A DNA stretch of 30,632 bases from NCBI GenBank assembly GCA_003170325.1, contig PMZP01000031.1, positions 1-30,632 of the forward strand, read 5' to 3'. This document shows, one piece after another, positions 1 through 8,900 of this stretch (its first letter is position 1; each line of letters starts with the position of its first letter). A model generated the notes under the pieces. It ran no database searches. It saw only the letters and a list, made by a program, of their open reading frames with translations, and was not told the DNA's origin. Both the position numbers and the translations under genes were made by a program. The stretch is from Candidatus Tayloriibacteriota bacterium (GTDB lineage: Bacteria > Patescibacteriota > Minisyncoccia > Phycocordibacterales > PALSA-1337).

Positions 1-62
1 CAGTATATCTTACATCTTTCGTATGTAATCAGCCATCAAGAACATCAAGAACATTTCTTAAG

Positions 63-101
63 TTTATCTAGTTTAGCCTCGATTGTACTAAACTAGATAA
101 A
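63..101. repeat. Perfect 14-bp inverted repeat with 11-bp spacer, candidate operator
   Basis: TTTATCTAGTTTAG (63-76) is the exact reverse complement of CTAAACTAGATAAA (88-101); it ends 17 nt before the ATG at 119. Confidence 0.8.
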
Positions 102-118
102 GTGCTATTAATTTAGGT

Positions 119-1306
119 ATGAAACACACACTGAATCCTTTTGCTCCTGGTGCTGGGACACAACCCCCTGAGCTAACAGGTCGCAAAGAGAATCTTGAAC
201 GAGCCGACGTTATTTTAGAGCGTATAAAAGCTGGCCGACCAGATAGAAGCGCGATTCTAATTGGCCTACGTGGCGTAGGTAAAACTGTTCTCCTCAATCG
301 AATACAGAAGATATCTCAAGAAAAAGGATACCATGCTGTGTTAATCGAATCTCCGGAAGAGAAAAGCCTTGCCCATCTACTGGTTCCGTATCTTAGACAA
401 ATTCTCCTACAACTCGATCTAATTCAGGGAGCCAAAGAAAAACTTCGTAACGCGATTGCAATACTTAGATCATTTGCATCAGCTTTTAAAATCGAGATAG
501 GAGATATCGGTCTTGGCATAAATCCCTCAACTGGAACAGCCGACAGTGGGTCTCTAGACAAAGATCTGACAGACCTTCTCGTGTCCGCAGGGGAGGCGGC
601 GAAAGAATCATCAACTTCGGTAGCTCTTTTTATAGACGAACTACAATATGTTGACGTAAAAGAACTTGGTGCTTTGCTTGCGGCACTCCATAGAGTTGGC
701 CAGCTGGGACTACCTTTAATCATATTTGGCGCCGGTTTACCTCAACTCGCCGGATTAACAGGTAAAGCAAAATCGTACGCCGAACGTTTATTTGAATTCC
801 AGCATATCGGACCTTTGACTGGACCAGATGCCAAATCTGCTATAAAGGAACCTATCGAGCGCGCCGGAGCGACCATTGATGAAGATGCTTTAAACGAAAT
901 AGTGAAAGCAACTGAAGGGTATCCGTACTTTCTTCAAGAATGGGGACTTCACACTTGGAACGAAGCACCCGGACCAAACATCTCCTTATCAGATGTTAAG
1001 AGAGCAAACAGATCAGCAACTAAGGCATTAGATGCAAGTTTTTTCAGAGTCCGGTTTGATCGTCTCACAAAAGGAGAAAAGGAATACTTGCGAGCTATGG
1101 CAGATCTTGGCCCTGGACCACACAAGTCAGGCGACATTGCAAGTAGATTGAATAGAACGGTTGCACAGGTAGCACCCGTAAGAGCAAACATCATTGCAAA
1201 AGGAATGATATATTCTCCATCATATGGAGATAATGTTTTTACCGTACCCAAGTTTGATGAATATATGCGAAGAGTAATACCAGACTTTTCGCCTCGAAAT
1301 AAATAG
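119..1306 (+). CDS. AAA/STAND-like P-loop ATPase with probable C-terminal winged-helix domain
   Basis: 395 aa; Walker A GLRGVGKT, Walker B ALFIDELQ, GYPYFLQ (GxP-like) motif; helical HTH-like C-terminus (LTKGEKEYLRAMA...SGDIASRL...NIIAKGMIY). Confidence 0.8.
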   Translation: MKHTLNPFAPGAGTQPPELTGRKENLERADVILERIKAGRPDRSAILIGLRGVGKTVLLNRIQKISQEKGYHAVLIESPEEKSLAHLLVPYLRQILLQLDLIQGAKEKLRNAIAILRSFASAFKIEIGDIGLGINPSTGTADSGSLDKDLTDLLVSAGEAAKESSTSVALFIDELQYVDVKELGALLAALHRVGQLGLPLIIFGAGLPQLAGLTGKAKSYAERLFEFQHIGPLTGPDAKSAIKEPIERAGATIDEDALNEIVKATEGYPYFLQEWGLHTWNEAPGPNISLSDVKRANRSATKALDASFFRVRFDRLTKGEKEYLRAMADLGPGPHKSGDIASRLNRTVAQVAPVRANIIAKGMIYSPSYGDNVFTVPKFDEYMRRVIPDFSPRNK

Positions 1307-1308
1307 CA

Positions 1309-3474
1309 TTACTTCCTCTTTTCCTTGATCGCTTCCGCCACATTGGCCGGCACGACTTCGTAGTGGTCGAATTCCATCATGGCCGAGCCTTGGCCGGAGG
1401 TCATGGAACGCAGTTGAGTGGTATAACCGAACATCTCGGCCAGAGGAACCTTGGCGATGATGGAAACATTGACGCCTTTGGGATTCTGACCTTCGATGAG
1501 GCCGCGCTTTGAGGCGATAGAACCGTTGATATCTCCGATGTATTTCTCCGGACAGACCACTTCCAATTTCATAATGGGCTCCAAAATCACAGGTTTAGCT
1601 CGCTTGCAGGCGTCTTGGAATGCTTGTGAAGCGGCGATCTTGTAGGCGATCTCGGATGAGTCGACGTCGTGGTATGAACCGAATGTGAGTTCGCAGGAGA
1701 TATTGACCATCTTGTAGCCGGCCACGATGCCGCGATCCATTGCTTCATGGACGCCTTTTTCCACAGCCGGAATGAATTCATTGGGAATGACGCCACCTTT
1801 GATGGAGTTGACGAATTCGAAGTCATCGTAACGATGCACCGTCTTGGGGATCTTCTCCCCTTCCGGCCAGGGTTCGAGTGGCTTTAGATTGAGACGGACG
1901 TGACCGTACTGACCCTTGCCACCAGTCTGCTTGATATATTTGTGTTCGGCTTCGGCCGCGCCCCGGATCGTCTCGCGATAGGCCACTTGCGGCTCGCCAA
2001 CGTTGGCTTCCACGCCGAATTCGCGCTTCATGCGGTCAACCATGATCTCCAGGTGCAGTTCGCCCATACCGGAAATGATCGTTTCGCCGGTTTCCTGATT
2101 GCTCGTGACCTTGAATGTCGGGTCTTCATTGCCGAGTTTGCGGAGTGCCATGCCCATCTTCTCCTGGTCAGCCTTGGTCTTGGGTTCGATGCGGAGCGAA
2201 ACCACCGGATCCATGAATTTGATGACCTCCAAGACGATCGGGTTCTCTTCATCGCAGAAAGTATGAGACGTGAGCGCGTCTTTGAGGCCCACGGCCGCGG
2301 CGATCTCGCCGGAATAGACTTTCTTGACTTCCTCGCGCTTGTCGGCTTGCAATCTGACGATACGGCCCAGGCGTTCCCTCTTTCCAGTGCTCGAATTGTA
2401 TATATAAGTGCCGGCTTCGATAGTCCCCGAATAGACTCTGAAGAAAGTCAAAGCTCCGACGAACGGATCGTTCTGCAATTTGAAGGCTAGAGCACAGAAA
2501 GGCTCGGAATCATCGGCGTGGCGGATAGCTTCATCGCCAGTTCGCGGGTCAATTCCCTTTATCGGCGGGATGTCCAAGGGCGATGGCAGATAATCGACGA
2601 CGGCGTCGAGAACCAGCTGGACGCCGATGTTCTTCAAGGCCGAGCCGGTGAAGACCGGGAACATATCGTTGTTGATGACGGCCTTACGGGTGATCTTTTT
2701 CAGCTCTGCCAATGAAGGCTCCTTGCCATCGAGGTATTGCTGCATAGCTACATCATCATGTTCGACGATCTTCTCGATGAGTTCAGCGTGATGCTTCTTG
2801 GCTTCTTCCAGCAAATCGGCTGGGATCTCCTTTTCCATGATCTTGTCTCCCATTTCACCTTCGAAGAAATAGGCCTTCATGGTCAAAAGGTCGATGACAC
2901 CATTATGCTCGCCTTCCAAGCCGATCGGCATCTGGAATCTAACGGCTTTCTTGTTCAAACGTTCCAAAATAGACTTGAATGAATACTCAAACGACGCGCC
3001 CATGCGGTCCATTTTGTTGATGAAGCAGAGACGAGGCACCTTTCCGTCATCAGCATAGCGCCAATTGGTCTCTGATTGGGGCTCTACACCGGCCACACCG
3101 TCAAAAACGACGACTGCTCCGTCTAGGACTCTCAACGACCTCTTTACTTCGACAGTAAAATCAATGTGACCTGGCGTGTCGATGATGTTGAATCGGACTT
3201 TCTTGGAGATATCAGGTTTTCCATCGGCTCCGACAACGCCCTTCATGTACGTCGGGCTCCAGAAGCAGGTGATGGCGGCGGCCGTGATAGTGATGCCTCG
3301 CTCGCGCTCCTGTTCCATCCAGTCCGTAACTGTATCCCCTTCGTGCACTTCCCCGATCTTGTGCGTCATGCCCGTGTAGTACAAAATACGCTCGCTGGTG
3401 GTCGTCTTGCCAGCATCGATATGGGCGATGATCCCGAAGTTACGTACTGATTGGAGTGGGTAGTCGCGGTTCAT
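1309..3474 (-). CDS. fusA: Elongation factor G
   Basis: 721 aa; GIIAHIDAGKTT, QERERGITI, DTPGHIDF, NKMD, GMGELHLE, YRETI; lies downstream of rpsL-rpsG. Confidence 0.99.
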   Translation of the reverse strand: MNRDYPLQSVRNFGIIAHIDAGKTTTSERILYYTGMTHKIGEVHEGDTVTDWMEQERERGITITAAAITCFWSPTYMKGVVGADGKPDISKKVRFNIIDTPGHIDFTVEVKRSLRVLDGAVVVFDGVAGVEPQSETNWRYADDGKVPRLCFINKMDRMGASFEYSFKSILERLNKKAVRFQMPIGLEGEHNGVIDLLTMKAYFFEGEMGDKIMEKEIPADLLEEAKKHHAELIEKIVEHDDVAMQQYLDGKEPSLAELKKITRKAVINNDMFPVFTGSALKNIGVQLVLDAVVDYLPSPLDIPPIKGIDPRTGDEAIRHADDSEPFCALAFKLQNDPFVGALTFFRVYSGTIEAGTYIYNSSTGKRERLGRIVRLQADKREEVKKVYSGEIAAAVGLKDALTSHTFCDEENPIVLEVIKFMDPVVSLRIEPKTKADQEKMGMALRKLGNEDPTFKVTSNQETGETIISGMGELHLEIMVDRMKREFGVEANVGEPQVAYRETIRGAAEAEHKYIKQTGGKGQYGHVRLNLKPLEPWPEGEKIPKTVHRYDDFEFVNSIKGGVIPNEFIPAVEKGVHEAMDRGIVAGYKMVNISCELTFGSYHDVDSSEIAYKIAASQAFQDACKRAKPVILEPIMKLEVVCPEKYIGDINGSIASKRGLIEGQNPKGVNVSIIAKVPLAEMFGYTTQLRSMTSGQGSAMMEFDHYEVVPANVAEAIKEKRK

Positions 3475-3479
3475 TGTAA

Positions 3480-3514
3480 TCTTAAAAATTAAATATTAAA
3501 TCTCAAATCTTGAT
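3480..3514. repeat. 7-bp-periodic array at the 3' end of the four-helix-bundle gene
   Basis: TCTTAAA AATTAAA TATTAAA TCTCAAA TCTTGAT read directly from the sequence. Confidence 0.7.
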
Positions 3515-3870
3515 TCTTTCGCGTTCTTCTTCATGGTTATGATGCTTGCACCTATAATTTTTGATATCTCTACCGTCTCTTTAAGAAGTGGTTCCGCCTT
3601 AACTTTAGAAAGCTTGCCTGTATCTCGTGCAAGACCGATCCACAGTTTTGATTCGTTTGCGGACTTCAAACTGTGAGTATAGAAGTTCACATAGTCTTTC
3701 CTTGAGCTTGCACCTTTTGCTTCTACTATGTTTGCAACCACTGAAGTTCCACTTCTGACCAGTTGCCGGGCTATCACTTGCGATGAAATACCATTCGAAA
3801 AACTATCCACGCATTTTACTACATTCAAAGCATAAGTGTACAATCTTCTATCAAATTCTTTTTTCTCCAT
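3496..3870 (-). CDS. Four-helix-bundle protein (23S rRNA intervening-sequence protein-like family)
   Basis: 124 aa; family-typical motifs QLVRSGTSVVANIVEA, SRKDYVNFYTHSLKSANES, EISKIIGASI. Confidence 0.9.
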   Translation of the reverse strand: MEKKEFDRRLYTYALNVVKCVDSFSNGISSQVIARQLVRSGTSVVANIVEAKGASSRKDYVNFYTHSLKSANESKLWIGLARDTGKLSKVKAEPLLKETVEISKIIGASIITMKKNAKESRFEI

Positions 3871-3900
3871 CTTTGAGATTCCGATATTTAAGATTGATAC

Positions 3901-4371
3901 TTACCACGCGAAGTGAGCAAAGGCCTTGTTGGCTTCGGCCATCTTGTGGACATTTTCGCGCTTCTTGACGGCTTCGCCTTCGTTCTTGGAAGCGGCGATG
4001 ATCTCGTCAGCTAGCTTTTCATGGATGGGCTTGCCTTTCTTGGAACGGGCGGCATCGATGATCCACTTCATGGACAATGCTTGTTTGCGCTCCGGTCGAA
4101 CTTCGCGCGGGACTTGGTAGTTGGCGCCACCGACGCGTCGGGAGCGGACTTCCATAGCCGGTGTGGCATTTTTCAGGGCTGTTTCGAAGAGTTCCAATGG
4201 GTTCTCGACCTTGGCTTTCTCCTTGATTACAGCCATACAATCAGCCACGATGCCGCGAGCGATGTTCTTCTTGCCAGATTCCATGATGTAGTTCGTGAAT
4301 TTGGCCAGCTTCAAAGACTGATAGTTGATATCTGGCTTGAGGTCTCGCTTGATTTTGATTTTGCGTCGCAT
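3901..4371 (-). CDS. rpsG: 30S ribosomal protein S7
   Basis: 156 aa; EVRSRRVGGANYQVP and HKMAEANKAFAHF motifs. Confidence 0.99.
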   Translation of the reverse strand: MRRKIKIKRDLKPDINYQSLKLAKFTNYIMESGKKNIARGIVADCMAVIKEKAKVENPLELFETALKNATPAMEVRSRRVGGANYQVPREVRPERKQALSMKWIIDAARSKKGKPIHEKLADEIIAASKNEGEAVKKRENVHKMAEANKAFAHFAW

Positions 4372-4385
4372 GATTGTTTAGAGAT

Positions 4386-4805
4386 TTACACCTTTGCCGC
4401 CTTCGGCCTCTTATTCCCGTACTGACTACGGCCTTTCCTACGGGCTTCCACTCCGGCACAGTCCAAAACACCGCGAACGACTGAATATCGCAGACCGACA
4501 TCCTTGACGCGGCCTCCGCGCAGGAGGACTACTGCGTGTTCCTGGAGATTGTGCCCCATTCCCGGGATATAAGCGGTCACTTCCATACCGTTCGAAAGGC
4601 GGACGCGGGCGATCTTGCGGATAGCCGAGTTAGGCTTCTTCGGAGTCTTGGTTGTTACCTTGACGCAAACGCCGCGCTTGAATGGCGCCGGGAAGAAGAT
4701 CGGGCGGTTCTTGATGCTGTTGAAAGTGCGCGTCAAGGCCACGGACTTAGACTTCCGCTTGAAACGCGCGCGATTGGTTTTCGTAAGTTGATTGATCGTT
4801 GGCAT
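4386..4805 (-). CDS. rpsL: 30S ribosomal protein S12
   Basis: 139 aa; [41 protein letters not shown]. Confidence 0.99.
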   Translation of the reverse strand: MPTINQLTKTNRARFKRKSKSVALTRTFNSIKNRPIFFPAPFKRGVCVKVTTKTPKKPNSAIRKIARVRLSNGMEVTAYIPGMGHNLQEHAVVLLRGGRVKDVGLRYSVVRGVLDCAGVEARRKGRSQYGNKRPKAAKV

Positions 4806-4935
4806 AGAAAGTTGGAAAGTCGCTAACTTTTCTAGATTCCGCCTGATTTTTTCACCATCTTCGGCCCGAGCGGACCTCGACGATTACTCATGCGGATCGG
4901 TAATTGCTTTGTTGCCCCCTTTGGGCAGTGGGATT

Positions 4936-4964
4936 ACCTTAACATGAAGACAAAATTGGTGCAA
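4936..4964 (-). promoter_or_regulatory. Candidate sigma70 promoter of the str operon
   Basis: Minus strand TTGCAC (4964-4959), 17 nt, TAAGGT (4941-4936) preceded by an extended -10 TG; about 130 nt upstream of rpsL. Confidence 0.55.
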
Positions 4965-4992
4965 ATTCTGCATCATTATCGGTACGCCTACA

Positions 4993-5802
4993 TCATCTGG
5001 AAAATTCAGGAAGTTCCGAGGAATTATAGAAGCCAGCGGCCAACCCACCGAAACTGTATATCGTAGAGCCGAGCTTGATCTCAGCGCCGCCGACTTGTGG
5101 ATCATAATGCGGTATTGAATGTGAGAAACCGATGTTGAAGAGAGTAAAGAGGATTTCCGGACGGCTGGAAATGTCGAATCCGGCATTCTGCCATTGTCGC
5201 ATCAATTCCTTCTCATATAGCGCGGTGTATAGATATGAATAGTATCGATCATTGGAGTCGGTCAGCCGGTTGAAACGAGCGATATTGGAATCGGTCGAGG
5301 TCGAATCAAGCAGATGTTCATATTGTGATCCGAGATAGAAGGTAGAAGTGCTCGACTTCAAGTTGTCTTCGATCTGCTTAGCCGTGTCTTCCTTTATGCC
5401 CATGACTCCCCAAGAAAACTGATTCTGCACGCCTAGAATTTTCAAAGGTTCAAAAACGCTCTTGAAGAGATCACGGTTGTCCGTGAATAAACGCAACTGT
5501 TCGACGATGAGAGGTGCCACGATGAGACGTGGTGAGATTTGAGCGACCGTTGCCGCCCTATCGATGTCGCCTCGGTCTTTCAGGATCGCGATCTTCAATG
5601 ACTGCCACTCCGGACTACTGATCCAAGCAGAATTAACGCTGACACTGCTGACGACGATCTGATCCTTGAAGTAATCGTGCTGACTATCGACGATTCCTGT
5701 CACATTTGTCCAGTGCAACTTGATGGCAATAAAACCAACGAGCATGATGAGGCCGAAAATAGCCAAAATGTAAACGATCATGTGGAATAGCTTTTTCATC
5801 AT
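4993..5802 (-). CDS. Membrane-anchored protein with putative lysozyme/lytic-transglycosylase-like fold
   Basis: ORF track starts at 5853; MMKK at 5802 is preferred because a hydrophobic segment (IVYILAIFGLIMLVGFIAI) follows. IDRAATVAQISPRLIVAPLIVEQ, SWGVMGI and TLFNIG resemble the three SLT/lysozyme motifs. Confidence 0.55.
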   Translation of the reverse strand: MMKKLFHMIVYILAIFGLIMLVGFIAIKLHWTNVTGIVDSQHDYFKDQIVVSSVSVNSAWISSPEWQSLKIAILKDRGDIDRAATVAQISPRLIVAPLIVEQLRLFTDNRDLFKSVFEPLKILGVQNQFSWGVMGIKEDTAKQIEDNLKSSTSTFYLGSQYEHLLDSTSTDSNIARFNRLTDSNDRYYSYLYTALYEKELMRQWQNAGFDISSRPEILFTLFNIGFSHSIPHYDPQVGGAEIKLGSTIYSFGGLAAGFYNSSELPEFSR

Positions 5803-5901
5803 GATTCTGACGTTTGGATGCGTCTTAGTATACATTATTCGCGGCTTCGACATTAAGGTTATCCACTATCTGGACCACGATTATGGCGGTATTATTAGGA
5901 C

Positions 5902-8900
5902 ATGAATAAAAAACTCCTTCCGCTTATTATCGCCGCCATAATAAGCGGCACTTTCGCGTTTTTCGTCGTCGGGTATGCCGTGACTATGCCGGTACAGTCG
6001 CAGACTCAAACGGCGGCGGTGGGGAGTTTAACAGCAGGTAAGTCGTATCAGCCGACCGCGGAATACAGTTCTGCTTCCGCACGATACATTACCAGTGCCA
6101 CAACCAGGGCAGTTTCGGGCGATAATTCAGTAACAGTGAACCCAATGGGCCAGCCATCATTAAACACGGTCATTTCGAGCGCACCACTGGCCAAAGCCCA
6201 AACATCTTTAGGTTCTGCGATTCAATCGTCTCTCGTAAAAGACCAATACATTGTTGAACTTACGCAATCTCCTCTTTCCGTTAAATATGCTCAACTGAAG
6301 AATCAGAACGGTGCCAAGGTGTCATCTGCGGATTTAAATTCCGCTTTATCCGCTCAAAAAAAGCTGATATCAAACCAACAAAGCTCATTCCTACAGAATC
6401 TGCCCTCAGCTGTCAAAGCAAAAAATGCGGCCATAATCAGCAATATTTCCGGTTCGAAGAGCGCTTCACAAAAATCTTTCAGCGTCGTACTCAATGCTGT
6501 CGTTCTTAACATGAATGCCGACGAAGTGAAGAGCGTCAGCAACCTTTCTCAAGTGAAGAAGATCGAACAGGTTCGGACAGTCCATGTCGATCTCATGGAT
6601 TCCGTGCCGCTCATAAAAGCTCCAGAAGTCTGGGCGGATAACTTTCCAGGAGCACCAACAAGTACTCCAATTACCGGGAAAGGGGTAAAGATTGCCATCA
6701 TTGACACTGGCGTAGATTATTTGCATCCTGATTTAGGCGGTTGTTTCGGTCCCAAAGTCGTGAACGGTCAAGTCACCTCTTGTAAAGTGGCTGGCGGTTT
6801 TGATTTCGTCAACAGCGATCCCGATCCAATGGATGATATGGGTCACGGCACGCATGTGGCGGATATCGCCGCAGGTAACGGTATGCCTAAAGGCGTGGCT
6901 CCGGATGCCACAATATACGCGTATAAAGTTTGCAATAGCGGCGGTTCATGCGATAACAGCAATATCATCGCTGGATTGGAGGCCGCCACAGATCCGAATT
7001 ATGATGGAAATCTTTCCGATCACCTGGACATAGCCAGTCTTAGCTTGGGTGGTCCGGGAAATCCGGATGATGAAATGTCTACAGCTGTTGATAATGCCGT
7101 AAATGCTGGAGTAGTTGTCACGGTTGCCGCAGGTAACAACGGACCGGCTTCAAATACCATAGGTTCACCAGGTACGGCTAGAAACGCCATCACAGTTGGA
7201 GCAACGGATAAACAAGATAACATCGCATCATTCAGTTCGCGTGGCCCTGTCACTTGGACAGCATCGGACGGAAACACATACAATTTGGTCAAACCTGATG
7301 TAGTTGCTCCTGGCGTGAATATTTGTGCCGCGCGATGGAGCACTGCGTTTTCTGACGGCGATACTAATTGCTATCACGACAGCACCCACGTTGCTATTTC
7401 GGGGACTTCTATGGCCACTCCACACGTTGCCGGAGAAGCTGCTTTGCTTTTGCAGCTTCACCACGATTGGACGCCGGCGGAAATCAAAGCGGCGATAAGA
7501 GACAGCTCTAAACATCTTTCAGGTAATTGTCCCGTCGGATATTCATGCGGCATTTCGGTTGATGACCAAGGGCAAGGCAGGATCGACGCGCTGCAGGAAG
7601 TTCGATCACCGCGTCCACCGATCGCTTTGCTTGTGCCGATAACTGTCGGTAATGGCACTATTAGTATAAGAGGAACTGCTACTGCCCAAAACTTTAAGCA
7701 GTACAAAATTTCCTATGGACAAGGACAAGACCCTAGTTCTTTCACAGATTTATACACGTCAAATCAGCCTGTTTCAAACGGAGTTTTGTATTCCGGTTTG
7801 GATACTACCTCTCTCAACGAAGGAGCATACGCTATTAGATTGATGGTCACCGATTCTGCGGGAAACACTAGCAGTGATGCCGGACTTCTGGAAGTTAATA
7901 ATATGGAGATCACGTCAGTGGGAAATAATCTCAATTATATCAATGGTGGAGTACAACAAATCCTAGGCAGTATCCATTTGCCATCAGCCACAAGTTATCG
8001 AGTATTATTGGCGCCAATTCCCGGCAATACGACGACTATATGTTCGGGTAATTCGATTCCTACAGGAAACACTATTTGTTCCGCTGATTTCAGTAATGTG
8101 GCGGATGGAAAATATTACTTATACTTGGAGGTCTATCAAAATGGCGTCTGGAATATCGATGAGCCGTTTACTATGGCAGTCGTCAAAGAATTATTAAATA
8201 ATTGGCCACAGAAATTAATTGGTTTTCCTAGAGGTAATCTAGTGGTCTTACATCAACCGAACTCCCCGACTAAATTGGTCGTTCCTTATTACACAAGTTG
8301 CTCTAATGCTGGTTCATGTAGTTATCCGCCAACACTATTATTCTACGGTTTGGATGGGACATACTCTAGGTTGCAGAATCTCGCGGACGGCTCTACTATA
8401 CCGGATGATTCAATGCCATCAGTACTTTACAGTCCGACTCGACAACAGAATGTTCTTGGCCTAGCAGAGTCATTCGGTGACAATTCCAAAAAAATCATCG
8501 ATACGAACGGTTCAGTCATTAAATCGTGGGACCAGAATTCCTCAATGACACAAAATTCAAGTATAACCGCATTTAATCGAGATGGTGCTGGTATAGGTTT
8601 ATATACAGGAAGTGTTCAATACAACGGTAGTCAAACAGTAAACCAGATAAATGGGTACGATGTTAATGGTAACAAACTCAAAAATTTTCCTGTAATTATA
8701 CCACCAGGTTCACAATCTGGATCGCTAACCTTTGTTCATCCAGTGTTTTTATCTGATGGTATATCGCAAAATTTAGCTGTCATAACGGGGGAATTTACTA
8801 ATGACGCTGGATATATGAGGGATCTAAAGTTGTACGCAAATGTATTTTCAGCAACTAATCAATTGATCAAGAAACAGCTAGTGTTTGATGGTACTGGAAA

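Noticed and set aside
3200-3290. Extra residues in the EF-G G domain (SPTYMKGVVGADGKPDISKK)
   Set aside because: This loop varies in length among EF-Gs; no repeat, intein or intron signature was seen.
3496-3870. Diversity-generating retroelement, given the Avd-like four-helix-bundle fold
   Set aside because: No reverse transcriptase and no template/variable repeat pair differing at adenines in the window.
4884-5186. 100-aa minus-strand ORF upstream of rpsL
   Set aside because: It overlaps the 3' end of the 4993-5802 gene in another frame and the predicted str promoter; no recognisable features.
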